The position numbers and the translations under genes are program-made. DNA of 29,248 nt, from the NCBI GenBank assembly GCA_964487115.1, contig CAZAPD010000008.1, positions 1-29,248 on the forward strand, read 5' to 3'. Positions 29,215 through 29,248 of the stretch are shown here, one piece after another. This stretch comes from an uncultured Thermococci archaeon. GTDB taxonomy: Archaea > Methanobacteriota_B > Thermococci > Thermococcales > Thermococcaceae. Numbering within the stretch: position 1 is the stretch's first letter; every line of letters begins with the position of its first letter. The notes below the pieces were generated by a model. That model was not told the origin of the DNA, made no database searches, and was given only the letters and a program-made list of their open reading frames with translations.

Positions 29215-29248
29215 CCTCCAACGGCGAAATCCATTTAAAGCCTGAAGT

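Overview
Archaeal chromosomal window from a member of the Thermococcales (Thermococcus/Palaeococcus-like), judged from GGAGG/GGTGA ribosome-binding sites, BRE-TATA promoters, aIF5A, Rpo4, eL21, Pus10, GatDE, EndoQ and an MKVKKIAALAVGAAM-type S-layer protein. It is densely coding, mostly core genome, about 28 CDS: 3' end of an RsmB/NOP m5C methyltransferase, two uncharacterised genes, lysine/saccharopine dehydrogenase, nep1, an NSS-like transporter, aIF5A, an NhaP antiporter, speB, a hypothetical, CLC-CBS, endoQ, thiL, a GT4 + deacetylase + radical SAM + hypothetical + S-layer + lipoprotein run, the pus10-rpl21e-rpo4-DUF655-rsmA-radical SAM cluster, an HTH/Zn-ribbon gene, gatD, gatE and two membrane proteins. 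I saw no mobile element, CRISPR array, tRNA or rRNA. The ORF track misses a clean box C/D guide sRNA at about 29118-29177 (-). Best leads, all needing computational checks: a PIG-A-like GT4 coupled to a de-N-acetylase upstream of the S-layer gene (possible GlcN-inositol lipid/GPI-like module); a lipoprotein resembling the S-layer terminal domain; a CitX-like DxD protein coupled to a degenerate phosphoesterase; structured leaders on the S-layer and rpl21e mRNAs; two tandem paralogous membrane proteins; and a CLC with atypical selectivity residues. All alignments were done by eye and family assignments come from remembered motifs, not database searches.
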